Below, one piece after another: positions 17,501 through 26,427 of a stretch of DNA of 40,490 nt; the stretch's first letter is position 1; every line of letters begins with the position of its first letter. The notes under the pieces are model-generated. The model ran no database searches. It had not been told where the DNA came from and saw only the letters and a program-made list of their open reading frames with translations. Source of the DNA: Candidatus Micrarchaeota archaeon (GTDB taxonomy: Archaea > Micrarchaeota > Micrarchaeia > Anstonellales > Anstonellaceae); NCBI GenBank assembly GCA_013331805.1, contig DUFS01000038.1, positions 6,313-46,802 on the forward strand, in the 5' to 3' direction. The position numbers and the translations under genes are program-made.

Positions 17501-18739
17501 ATGGAATCAGTCATGCCTTCTGAAATAGACGGAACCGCAAGCGCGCCTGCCTCGAAAAGCATGATGCAGCGCGCGGTGGCAGCGGCAGCGCTTGCTGAAG
17601 GCAAAAGCGTTATTTCCAATCCAAGCTTCTGCGAGGATGCGCTAAGTTCCATCAGGTGCGCGGAGGCGATTGGCGCAAAAGTCACGGTAAAGGGCGACAG
17701 GGTGGCGATTGCCGGGGGAGGAAAACCGGTGGGCTGCGCGCTTGACTGCGGGGAGTCCGGCCTGTGCATGCGCATGTTCAGCCCCATAGCCGCGCTTTTC
17801 GGCAATGAGCTCAGCCTTCGGGCAAAGGGCTCGCTCAAAAAAAGGCCTGCCGGTTTCATGGAAGGACCGTTGCGGCTGCTTGGCGCAAGCTGCAGCACGC
17901 GCGGCGGGTTTCCGCCGGTAGTGGTGAAAGGCCCGCTTCACGGGGGGGAAATAACCGTTGATTGTTCGCAGTCCTCGCAATTCCTTACCGGCCTTCTGAT
18001 GGCGCTTCCGCTTTGCAGGGAAGATTCGCGCGTGGCTGCATCCGGCCTCAAAAGCAGGCCGTACGTCCGGATGACAATCGGGCTTTTGGAAAAGTTCGGC
18101 TGCACTGTGGGGGCTGACAGGCAGCTTGGGCGGTTCGGAATCGAGGGCAAGCAGCGCTACAGGCACACGAATTACGAGGTTGAGGGGGACTGGTCAGGCG
18201 CCTCCTTCTTGCTGGCGGCTGGCGCGATTGCAGGAAGGGCAAGCGTAACAGGCCTGCGCGCGGATTCCCTGCAGGCGGACAGGAAGATACTGGAGGCGCT
18301 GCGCAAAGCAGGCGCGCTGGTGAAGGTTTCCGGGAATGCGGTCAGCGCCGAGAGGGGCGACCTGCGCGCTTTTCGTTTTGACGCGACCGACTGCCCTGAC
18401 CTTTTCCCCCCGCTTGCTGCGCTGGCTTGCTATTGCAGGGGCAAGAGCAGGATTTTGGGCGCAGGCAGGCTGAAGGGCAAGGAAAGCGACCGGGCGTCTT
18501 CGCTTGTTTCCGAGCTTGGCAGCATGGGCGCGAGCATCAGGGTAAAGGGCGACGCAATGGAAATAAGGGGAGGAAAGCTGCGCGGCGGGAAGGTGGACCC
18601 GCACGGAGACCACCGCATAGCAATGGCCTGCGCAATTGCGGCACTGGGCTCTGAGGATGGGGCAAGGATAAATAAGCATGAATGCGTTTCAAAATCATTC
18701 CCCGGCTTTTTTGAGGAGCTGGGGAGGCTGGGGGCATGA
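17501..18739 (+). CDS. aroA: 3-phosphoshikimate 1-carboxyvinyltransferase (EPSP synthase)
   Basis: 412 aa with APASKSMMQRAVAAAALAEGKS, SSQFLTGLLMALP, LKGKESDR and DHRIAMA. GGAGAGG precedes the ATG. Confidence 0.9.
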   Translation: MESVMPSEIDGTASAPASKSMMQRAVAAAALAEGKSVISNPSFCEDALSSIRCAEAIGAKVTVKGDRVAIAGGGKPVGCALDCGESGLCMRMFSPIAALFGNELSLRAKGSLKKRPAGFMEGPLRLLGASCSTRGGFPPVVVKGPLHGGEITVDCSQSSQFLTGLLMALPLCREDSRVAASGLKSRPYVRMTIGLLEKFGCTVGADRQLGRFGIEGKQRYRHTNYEVEGDWSGASFLLAAGAIAGRASVTGLRADSLQADRKILEALRKAGALVKVSGNAVSAERGDLRAFRFDATDCPDLFPPLAALACYCRGKSRILGAGRLKGKESDRASSLVSELGSMGASIRVKGDAMEIRGGKLRGGKVDPHGDHRIAMACAIAALGSEDGARINKHECVSKSFPGFFEELGRLGA

Positions 18740-19887
18740 ATATGGAGAAGGGCGATTCAAACGCAGTGCTGAAGGCAAGGAAGGGTGCGCGTGCCGACCC
18801 GTTTTTATTCGGCGAGGAATTCGTGGTGCGCGTGCTTGGCAGCAGCCACGGCAAAAGCGTGGGCGTGGAAATAGAGGGCTGCCCTGCAGGGGTGGCGGCA
18901 AGCGCGGCCGAAATACAGGAGCAGCTTGACAGGAGAAGGCCCGGGCAGAGCCCCCTGACAAGCGGAAGGAAGGAGGAGGACGCAGTGGAAATAGAATCAG
19001 GCATAAAAGGCGGGAAGACCACAGGGGGGAAAATCGCCTGCAGCGTGAAGAACAAGGATGCGCTACCGGAGCACTACGGCAATCTTCGGACCACCCCGCG
19101 CCCAGGGCATGCGGACTACCCTTCAATGGTAAAGTACGGCGCAGCAGAGCCTGGCGGCGGCTTTTTCTCAGGCAGGATGACAGTGGCGTTCGTGATAGCC
19201 GGCGCCATTGCGAAAAAATACCTCCTGCAAAAGGGCGTGCGCACGCAGGCATTCGCAAAAAGCATCGGCAAGGTGGAAATCGGGCGGGAGGTAAGCGAGG
19301 AGGAAATAGTGAAAAACACGTATTCCAATCCTGTGCGCACCGCTGCGACGGAGTCCGTGCAAGGCATGGTTTCCGAGGTGGAGCGCGCAAGGGACGAGGG
19401 GGATTCTGTGGGCGGGGTGGTGGAGTGCAGGATAACCGGCCTTGCGCCAGGAATCGGGCAGCCCATGTTCGGCTCGATTGAAAGCGCCATTGCAAAGGCG
19501 GCATTCGGGATACCAGCGGCAAAGGGGATAGAGTTCGGCTCTGGGTTTGCAGGCTCCGCGCTCCGCGGCTCGCAGAACAACGATGAATTCGCAATCCGCG
19601 AAGGAAAAGTGGTGACGCGCACCAACAACTCAGGGGGGATACTCGGGGGGCTCACGAACGGCATGCCAGTGGTGTTCAGGATAGCGTTCAAGCCGACCTC
19701 GAGCATCTTCAAGCCGCAGCAGTCGGTTGATCTGAAAACCATGAGGGAAACCACCCTCAGGATTGCAGGCAGGCACGACCCCTGCATAGCCATACGGGCT
19801 GTGCCGGTGGTGGAAAACATGGCGGCATTCGTCATTGCCGACGTGCTGCTTGCGCATGAACGCAGGAAGAAAGGGGGGAAAACATGA
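18736..19887 (+). CDS. aroC: chorismate synthase
   Basis: It has FGEEFVVRVLGSSHGKSVGVEIEGCPAG, RPGHADY, GGILGGLTNGMP and GRHDPC. An ATGA overlap joins it to aroA. The first 25 or so residues are an unusual N-terminal extension, so an internal start cannot be excluded. Confidence 0.9.
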   Translation: MNMEKGDSNAVLKARKGARADPFLFGEEFVVRVLGSSHGKSVGVEIEGCPAGVAASAAEIQEQLDRRRPGQSPLTSGRKEEDAVEIESGIKGGKTTGGKIACSVKNKDALPEHYGNLRTTPRPGHADYPSMVKYGAAEPGGGFFSGRMTVAFVIAGAIAKKYLLQKGVRTQAFAKSIGKVEIGREVSEEEIVKNTYSNPVRTAATESVQGMVSEVERARDEGDSVGGVVECRITGLAPGIGQPMFGSIESAIAKAAFGIPAAKGIEFGSGFAGSALRGSQNNDEFAIREGKVVTRTNNSGGILGGLTNGMPVVFRIAFKPTSSIFKPQQSVDLKTMRETTLRIAGRHDPCIAIRAVPVVENMAAFVIADVLLAHERRKKGGKT

Positions 19888-20951
19888 AACTCGAGGAAAT
19901 GCGCGCCAGGCTTGACAGGATAGACGACAGGATAGTGAAGCTTCTTTCCGCCAGGATGGAAACCAGCCTGCTCACCGCAAGGCTCAAGGGCGGAGTGCAT
20001 GACAAAGCGCGGGAGGAGGAGGTGCTTGCGAGGGCAAGGAAGCTCTCGGGCGGGATTCTCCGCCCTGAAGCGACCGAGAGGGTATTCTCCGGGCTCATTT
20101 CCGATTCAAAAAAGCTGCAGGAGCAGAACCTGAAGCTTGCCGCCTTCCAGGGCGAGCACGGCGCCTATAGCGAGATGGCAGCAGGCATTGTCGACCCTTC
20201 TGCAGTCCCGATCTCCTGCCCCGAGTTCGCCGATGTTTTCTCAGGGGTGAAAGCAGGGCACTTTGACTTTGGCGTGGTGCCGGTGGAAAATTCCCTCGAG
20301 GGCGCAGTGACGCAGGTAAACGACCTGCTTCTTGAGTCCGACCTTACCATAGCCGCAGAGGCCTACGTGCCCGTCCACCACTGCCTGCTTGCTCTGCACG
20401 ACTCGGACTACCGGGAGATAAAGGCGGTCTATTCCCATCCGCAGGCCCTTGCGCAGTGCAGGGGTTTCATCGAAAGGAACCGCCTGGAGGCAAGGCCGTT
20501 CTATGACACCGCGGGCGCAGCCATGATGCTTTCCGAGGAGCGGCCGCGGGCTGCAGGCGCAATAGCCAGCCGCCTGTGCGCCAAGCTTTACGGCCTCGAA
20601 GTGGTGAAGGAGAACATCGAGGACCACCAGTCCAACACCACCCGCTTCGTGGCGCTGGCAAGGGAGAAAAACAGCAAGGCTGGCAACAAGTGCTCCATAG
20701 CGTTTGCCACCTCCCACAAGGCAGGCTCGCTCTTCTCGGTCCTCAGCATCTTCAAATCCGCTTCGCTGAACCTCACGCGCATAGAATCAAGGCCAATAAG
20801 GAGCGAGCCCCGGAAATACGCCTTCCTGCTCGACTTCCAGGGCTCGGATTCTGACGGGACAGTCATTGATGCGCTTGAGAAGGTGAAAAAGGAGACGGCA
20901 ATGTACAAGTTCCTGGGATGCTATGAGGAGGCAGGGCAGGTGGAATCATGA
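19884..20951 (+). CDS. pheA: bifunctional chorismate mutase / prephenate dehydratase with C-terminal ACT domain
   Basis: The N-terminus is an AroQ-type chorismate mutase helix (EEMRARLDRIDDRIVKLLSARM). The prephenate dehydratase core has AFQGEHGAYSE, VPVENSLEG and TRF. The ACT region is GSLFSVLSIFKSASLNLTRIESRP. Confidence 0.9.
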   Translation: MKLEEMRARLDRIDDRIVKLLSARMETSLLTARLKGGVHDKAREEEVLARARKLSGGILRPEATERVFSGLISDSKKLQEQNLKLAAFQGEHGAYSEMAAGIVDPSAVPISCPEFADVFSGVKAGHFDFGVVPVENSLEGAVTQVNDLLLESDLTIAAEAYVPVHHCLLALHDSDYREIKAVYSHPQALAQCRGFIERNRLEARPFYDTAGAAMMLSEERPRAAGAIASRLCAKLYGLEVVKENIEDHQSNTTRFVALAREKNSKAGNKCSIAFATSHKAGSLFSVLSIFKSASLNLTRIESRPIRSEPRKYAFLLDFQGSDSDGTVIDALEKVKKETAMYKFLGCYEEAGQVES

Positions 20952-21724
20952 GAATTGCGATAATCGGCGCAGGAAAGATGGGCTCCTGGCTGGCGCGCCA
21001 TCTTGCGCAAAACCACGAGGTCGGCGCATTCGACCTCGACCCCTTCAAGGCCCGCGGCATGCCGCGCGTAAAGCCTCTTGGCAGCGCAAGCGAGCTTGCC
21101 GCTTTTTCCCCGGAGCTTCTGGTGAACGCGGTGAGCATAGAAAGGACGGCAGAAGCGTTCGAATGGGCGATGCCGCACCTGCCCCAAGGCTGCATGATTG
21201 CGGACGTGGCCTCGGTCAAAGGGGGCCTGCCCCAGTTCTACGCAAGCTGCAAAAGAAGGTTCGTGTCCGTCCACCCCATGTTCGGGCCGACCTTCACCGA
21301 CATGGAAATGCTGAAGGAGGAAAACGCGGTGATAATCCGCGAGTCCGACCGGCAGGGAGCGGCGTTTTTCAGGGAATTTTTCTCCTTCATGGGCTTGCGC
21401 ATATTCGACTACACCTTTGCCGAGCATGACCAGATGATGGCCTACTCGCTCACCACCCCGTTCATCTCCTCCCTGGTGTTTGCCGCCTGCCTGGACAAGA
21501 CTGTGGTGCCAGGGGCCACCTTCGCGAGGCACATGAGGATAGCCAGGGGCCTGCTGTCCGAGGACGACTCGCTCGTCTGCGAAGTGCTTTTCAACCCAGG
21601 CTCCATAAAGCAGATCGAGAAAATGACCTCGAAGCTGGAATACCTGAAGCACATTATCCGCGCGCGCGACGCAGCTGCGGCAAGGGATATGCTGTCCAAG
21701 CTCCGCAGGAACCTGGAGAGATGA
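20948..21724 (+). CDS. tyrA: prephenate dehydrogenase
   Basis: 258 aa with a Rossmann MRIAIIGAGKMGSWLARHL, DVASVK and SVHPMFGP. A 4-nt overlap joins it to pheA. Confidence 0.8.
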   Translation: MRIAIIGAGKMGSWLARHLAQNHEVGAFDLDPFKARGMPRVKPLGSASELAAFSPELLVNAVSIERTAEAFEWAMPHLPQGCMIADVASVKGGLPQFYASCKRRFVSVHPMFGPTFTDMEMLKEENAVIIRESDRQGAAFFREFFSFMGLRIFDYTFAEHDQMMAYSLTTPFISSLVFAACLDKTVVPGATFARHMRIARGLLSEDDSLVCEVLFNPGSIKQIEKMTSKLEYLKHIIRARDAAAARDMLSKLRRNLER

Positions 21725-21725
21725 C

Positions 21726-22826
21726 ATGCCTCGCCCGAAAAAGAAACCCGAGGCTGGCGCGCAGGGCGCCTCGTTTTACGAAATTGCCGAGCAGGCGCTT
21801 GCGCTCGAGAGGCGCGGGAAGGACATAGTGCGGCTCAACGTGGGGGACACCAACCTTCCGGTCCCGCAGCGCGCAAAGGACGCCGCTGCCAAGAGCATGA
21901 GGGATGGCAGGGGAGGCTACGGCTCCTCCCGGGGCTCGGAGGAGCTGCTCTCCCTTATTGCGGCCCGCGAAAAATGCGGAATTGAGAACGTGGTGGTGGG
22001 CCCTGGCTCCAAGCACCTGCTCTTCGCGCTCCTTTCGGTCCTGTGCAAAAAAGGCGATTCTGTGGCATTCCCCTCCCCCCACTGGCCTGCCTACTCCCTT
22101 GCCTGCGCCCAGCTCGGCCTGCGGGCAAAAACAAAAGACACCCTGCTTGGGAATGCCTGGCAGTTCGAAACGCTTCCGAAGGCGAAACTGGCGATAATCT
22201 GCAACCCATTGAACCCAGCCAGCACCATACACGGGCATGAGAGCGTCAGCAGGGCGATATCGGACGCTGGCAAAGCAGGCTCGCGCCTCATTATCGACGA
22301 GGCATACCGTGGCATTGCATTCGAGCCGATTCCAGCATACGACTGCATCCGCCTCCGCTCCTTTTCCAAGGAATTCAACATGGAAAACTGGCGATTGGGC
22401 TACGCGGTTGCGCCCGAGGAAACAGCAGAGAAGCTTGTTAAGTTCAACCAGATAACCTCGACCTGCGTGCCGCAGTTCGTGCAGCAGGCAGGCATTGCCT
22501 GCCTGGAAAACGAAAAAGGGCTGCTTTCTGAAAATACCGCGATATGGAAGTCGCGGATGGGCGCGGCTGGCAGGGCGCTGAAAAAAGCCGGCTTTGTTTT
22601 TGCGCAGCCGCAATCAGGCATGTACCTCTTTGCCGCGCACGAAAGGGTAGAGGACGGGGGGCGATTCGCGCTTTCCCTTCTTGGGAAGGGAGTGGCAGTC
22701 GCGCCTGGAAGCGGGTTCGGAAACTACGGAAGATTCATCAGGATTTGCGCCAACCAGCCCGAGGGGCTGCTGGAGCGCGCGATAGAAAAGATGGGCGAGG
22801 CTGCCCATGCTGTCCCAAGAACCTAA
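21726..22826 (+). CDS. class I/II pyridoxal-phosphate aminotransferase (probable aromatic/aspartate aminotransferase)
   Basis: 366 aa with CNPLNPAS, IIDEAYRG, SFSKEFNMENWRLGY (the PLP-lysine SxSK context) and RICA. Its position as the last gene of the aro/phe/tyr block suggests the terminal transamination step. Confidence 0.8.
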   Translation: MPRPKKKPEAGAQGASFYEIAEQALALERRGKDIVRLNVGDTNLPVPQRAKDAAAKSMRDGRGGYGSSRGSEELLSLIAAREKCGIENVVVGPGSKHLLFALLSVLCKKGDSVAFPSPHWPAYSLACAQLGLRAKTKDTLLGNAWQFETLPKAKLAIICNPLNPASTIHGHESVSRAISDAGKAGSRLIIDEAYRGIAFEPIPAYDCIRLRSFSKEFNMENWRLGYAVAPEETAEKLVKFNQITSTCVPQFVQQAGIACLENEKGLLSENTAIWKSRMGAAGRALKKAGFVFAQPQSGMYLFAAHERVEDGGRFALSLLGKGVAVAPGSGFGNYGRFIRICANQPEGLLERAIEKMGEAAHAVPRT

Positions 22827-23269
22827 ACCGCCTCGAACTGCCAGCTCGCCTTCACCACGTTGAGTATGACCTGGGTGTTGGTGTGCTCCACGTGCGGGAG
22901 GTTCAGGAACGCCTTTATGAGGGAGGAAAACCGCTCGCGGCTCTTGGCTGCGACTATGGCTACGCTGTCGTATTCCCCGGTCACGTCGTAGACCGCAATG
23001 ACCCCGCGCATGCGGCTTATCCTCTGCTGGGACTCCAGGAGCTTTCCCTTGGCTATCTTCACCTGCACCACGCCCATGAAGTCGTAGCCGAGCTTTCCCA
23101 GGTCAAGGTTGGCCCCATACCCTTGTATGATGCCTGATTTTTCCAGCTTGCCAACGCGGGAAATGAGCGTGGTGGGGTGGATTTTCAGCTTAAGGGCCAT
23201 TTTCCTGAAGGATTCGCGGGCGTTGTGCCTCAAGGCAAGGAGTATTTCCTCGTCTGTCTTGTCCAACAT
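22823..23269 (-). CDS. lrp: Lrp/AsnC family transcriptional regulator
   Basis: 148 aa with an N-terminal HTH (DEEILLALRHNARESFRKMALKLKIHPTTLISRVGKLEKSGIIQGY) and a C-terminal RAM/AsnC_trans_reg domain (VYDVTGEYDSVAIV). Confidence 0.85.
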   Translation of the reverse strand: MLDKTDEEILLALRHNARESFRKMALKLKIHPTTLISRVGKLEKSGIIQGYGANLDLGKLGYDFMGVVQVKIAKGKLLESQQRISRMRGVIAVYDVTGEYDSVAIVAAKSRERFSSLIKAFLNLPHVEHTNTQVILNVVKASWQFEAV

Positions 23270-23419
23270 TTGTCCACCTTTTTGACATTTTATCCTTAAT
23301 TATTAGACATTTGATGCGTAGGTAATTTAAATACTGTGTCTATTCTTCTAATTTTTCCTGCATGAATGATATATATAACATAGCCCAAGCTCTGCCCATT
23401 AAGTTTTGGGGGTGCGTCC
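23270..23419. promoter_or_regulatory. divergent lrp/glnA promoter-operator region
   Basis: This is an AT-rich 150-nt spacer. It holds a TATA-like ATATATATAAC (about 23369-23380) upstream of glnA. GACATTT is repeated at 23284-23290 and 23306-23312, with an inverted TGTGTCTA copy at about 23335-23342. Confidence 0.4.
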
Positions 23420-24772
23420 ATGCTTGGGGGGATAACTGGCGAGGAGATAACAAGGGTGCTTGCTGACGCAAAGGAAAAAGGCGTGGAGTTCGTGGACCTG
23501 GAGTTCGTGGACATAATGGGAACGCCGAAAATGTGCGAAATAACCACGGACAGGCTGGAGGACGCGCTTGAATCCGGCACCTGGTTCGACGGATCATCAA
23601 TTGAGGGTTTTGCAAGGATTGCGGAATCCGACATGTTCCTGGTTCCGGACACCTCGACTTGGGCGCCGCTCCCCTGGACACAAAACAAAACAGCGAGGAT
23701 AATCTGCGACGTCTATTCGGACGAAAAAACCCCTTTTGCAGGCGACCCGAGGCAGATACTCAAGCGGCAGCTTGCAAGGGCGGAAAAGATGGGATTTGAC
23801 TACAAGGTGGGCCCAGAGCTTGAGTTCTTCATATTCAAGGGCATGAACGGAAGCGGCGAGCCCGAGGCTGCGCAGGTGCATGACAGCGCGGGCTACTTTG
23901 ACCTTGCCACCCGCGACGAGGCAGTGGAGCTGCGGCAGGAAATAGTGCCTGCGCTGGAAAAGATGGGCATGAGGATCGAGCGCTCGCACCACGAGGTCGC
24001 GCAGGGGCAGCACGAGATTGATTTCACTTATGGCAACGCGCTTCCCATAGCCGACGCTGTTCTAACCTACAGGACTACAGTAAAAACACTTTCGAAAAAG
24101 TACGGGCTATACGCGTCATTCATGCCCAAGCCGGTTTACGGCATAAACGGATCGGGAATGCACGTGCACCAGTCGCTTTGGAAGGGAAACTCGAACCTGT
24201 TTTATGACGCATCAAACGAGTACTGCCTCTCAAAAACGGCAATGCACTTCCTTGCAGGCATTATGGAGCACGCCCGCGCGCTTGCGGCAATTACAAATCC
24301 CACCGTGAACTCGTACAAAAGGCTGGTGCCTGGCTACGAGGCGCCGGTTTACATCTGCTGGGGAAGGATAAACCGCTCCGCCCTTATCCGCATCCCGAGG
24401 AACCTCGGGGGCAGGGAAAAGGGCACGAGAATTGAGTGCCGCTTCCCTGACCCGTCCTGCAACCCCTACCTTGCGTTTGCCGCAATGCTGGCCGCAGGGC
24501 TGGATGGAATTGAGCGCAAGCTGGAGCCTTCCAAGCCCGTGGAAGAGAGGGTGTATGGCTACGAGGCAGAAAAGAGGCAGGCGCTGGGGATTAAGACGCT
24601 CCCGGAGACGCTCGAGGATGCCACCAACGAATTTCTTGCGGACAAGCTGCTCACTGATGCCATGGGCCAGCACACGGTCGAATACCTGGTAAAGATACAG
24701 CGCAATGACTGGAACGGCTACAAGACTCAGGTGACTCCCTGGGAAAAGGAAAGGTACTTCGGGGTCCTCTAG
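23420..24772 (+). CDS. glnA: glutamine synthetase, type I
   Basis: 450 aa with FVDIMGTPK, FDGSSIEGF, GPELEFF, HHEVAQGQHEIDF, GSGMHVHQSLW and NPYLAFAAMLAAGLDG. Confidence 0.95.
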   Translation: MLGGITGEEITRVLADAKEKGVEFVDLEFVDIMGTPKMCEITTDRLEDALESGTWFDGSSIEGFARIAESDMFLVPDTSTWAPLPWTQNKTARIICDVYSDEKTPFAGDPRQILKRQLARAEKMGFDYKVGPELEFFIFKGMNGSGEPEAAQVHDSAGYFDLATRDEAVELRQEIVPALEKMGMRIERSHHEVAQGQHEIDFTYGNALPIADAVLTYRTTVKTLSKKYGLYASFMPKPVYGINGSGMHVHQSLWKGNSNLFYDASNEYCLSKTAMHFLAGIMEHARALAAITNPTVNSYKRLVPGYEAPVYICWGRINRSALIRIPRNLGGREKGTRIECRFPDPSCNPYLAFAAMLAAGLDGIERKLEPSKPVEERVYGYEAEKRQALGIKTLPETLEDATNEFLADKLLTDAMGQHTVEYLVKIQRNDWNGYKTQVTPWEKERYFGVL

Positions 24773-24818
24773 GGCGGCGGACAAAGGATTAAAATTTGGG
24801 CTGCGGATACATCAGTTC

Positions 24819-26411
24819 ATGGCAGATGAATTGCTCGTAATTTCCGCCTTTGTCGCCCTTTTGCTGCTTTTCGGCTGCACTCTTCCGCAGCTTCCCTGGG
24901 AGCAGCCCAAGCCTTCTGCCCCGCCTCCCCTGCCTCCTGGCTCGGAAATCGTTGCTCCCCAGCCCAGCGGCCCCTCAGGAGCTTATGATAGTGCCTCAAC
25001 ACCAGCGCCTGAAGAGTACGTGATTTCCTACAACGCATCAGTAACAGAAATGGGAAGGGTCAGGAAGATGTTCCAGGCAACATTCTATAAGAAAGGGGAA
25101 TTCAGGGGCAGGACAGACATCCTCACCCAAAACGACGAGTTCGTGGACGAGATCCGGCGCTACTACACTGGGGGCGGGAAATTCCTGTGCATAAGGCAGA
25201 AGGGCAAGGCGCTGAAGTGCTCCACTGCAGAGCTTGTCGAGGAAACCGAAAGCTATTCGCAGGAAATCATAAGCCCTGTGAAAAATTCCTCAATATACGA
25301 TGTGAAGCTTCAAGCTAACCAGTCAGTGCTCGGGATCAATGCCACTTGCTTTGGCCTTAATTCAAGCGAAGGGACATACTTACTGCACTGCTTTTCCCCT
25401 GAAGGCATACTTTATTACGGCAAGGAGAAAACTGCTGATGGCCGGGCAAGGGAGATGAAGGCGACGGCTTACAGAAAATCCGCGAGTGACTCGGATTTCG
25501 AGCTTCCGGTAAAATTCCAGCAGGAGGCAGTGGACACTTTCGAGGGGGTTGTTCCAAGGAATATATCTGACAGGATTTCGGACGGGCAGTTTCGGCTTGC
25601 GGACCAGGGCGCCTTCCCTCTGAAAATCTATGTGATCAGCTCTGGCTTTTCGGATTCCATCCTGGTGACCAAGGGCGAGTTTGGAATGCTGGTGGATGCG
25701 GGAAATTTTTTGCCTGTTGATTCCTTCCTCAAGCACCTGGGGATAAAAAAGCTGAACGTGCTGGTTGCGACCCGGGACTACTCAGGCGCGGTGGACGGCA
25801 TCCCAGACCTTCTTGAAAACTACGAGGTGGGTGAGCTTTGGGAAAACAACGTGGCGCCGTCCTCGCAGAGCCTGAAGTCCTCGCTTGAGAAGGCAAGGCA
25901 GCTGAACATGACCATAAAGCACCCCCAGGAAGGCGACAGGATGAATTTCTCGGATGTGACGTTCACTGTGATCAACCCGTCTGAAAACAGGCAGCTGGGC
26001 AACCCTGACATCGATGCCATAGTCATGAAAGTCTCCATGGGCAAGTTCTGCGCACTGATCCTGAACCCGACAGTGCAGGAAAGGGAAAACGCCCTGATAT
26101 CCACGGGCGAGGACCTCAAGTGCGAGGTGCTGACCTACTTCAAGCACGGGGAGGGAAGGCCCGAGCCGTCTGTGCTAATGAGCAACGTTGCGCCCAAAGA
26201 CGTGATTATTTCAGTAGGGCAGAACAGCCTGGGGCTTCCCAGGTCCACCACCCTCACCCGGCTCAACATATCAGGGACGCGCATCTGGAGGACTGACGAG
26301 AGGGGGACGGTAAGGATAACGAATGACGGCTTTTCGCCCTATCAGATTGCGGGCATGGCGAACTTCACAACCAAAAGATGGACCGATTACTACGGCATGA
26401 ACGCAAGCTAG
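24819..26411 (+). CDS. secreted or lipid-anchored protein with C-terminal ComEC/Rec2-like metallo-beta-lactamase-fold domain (metal-binding motif degenerate)
   Basis: It has a signal/lipobox-like N-terminus (AFVALLLLFGC) and a Pro-rich linker. The C-terminal half is collinear with ComEC-type MBL domains: SSGFSDSILV for DVGQGD-type, LVDAG, KHGEG for HHGS, IISVGQNSLGLP, and RIWRTDERGTV. The HxHxDH position reads ATRDYSGAVDG (25767-25799). Confidence 0.6.
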   Translation: MADELLVISAFVALLLLFGCTLPQLPWEQPKPSAPPPLPPGSEIVAPQPSGPSGAYDSASTPAPEEYVISYNASVTEMGRVRKMFQATFYKKGEFRGRTDILTQNDEFVDEIRRYYTGGGKFLCIRQKGKALKCSTAELVEETESYSQEIISPVKNSSIYDVKLQANQSVLGINATCFGLNSSEGTYLLHCFSPEGILYYGKEKTADGRAREMKATAYRKSASDSDFELPVKFQQEAVDTFEGVVPRNISDRISDGQFRLADQGAFPLKIYVISSGFSDSILVTKGEFGMLVDAGNFLPVDSFLKHLGIKKLNVLVATRDYSGAVDGIPDLLENYEVGELWENNVAPSSQSLKSSLEKARQLNMTIKHPQEGDRMNFSDVTFTVINPSENRQLGNPDIDAIVMKVSMGKFCALILNPTVQERENALISTGEDLKCEVLTYFKHGEGRPEPSVLMSNVAPKDVIISVGQNSLGLPRSTTLTRLNISGTRIWRTDERGTVRITNDGFSPYQIAGMANFTTKRWTDYYGMNAS

Positions 26412-26427
26412 GAAAATGAGGAAAAAT

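Noticed and set aside
18695-19594. A 299-aa ORF antisense to chorismate synthase, with further antisense ORFs at 19116-20000, 20921-21727 and 21654-22613 opposite pheA, tyrA and the aminotransferase.
   Set aside because: The reasoning is the same. The plus-strand genes are strongly supported and tightly coupled, and the antisense products are Pro/Arg/Ser-rich with no domain signatures.
22823-22826. Convergent aminotransferase and lrp genes share overlapping stop codons (CTAA). A similar 7-nt convergent overlap lies at 38406-38412, and only a 1-nt gap separates the convergent stops at 5379 and 5381.
   Set aside because: This is a real observation but characteristic of highly compact genomes. 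No additional signal such as a hairpin or repeat is present, so it is not treated as a distinct feature.
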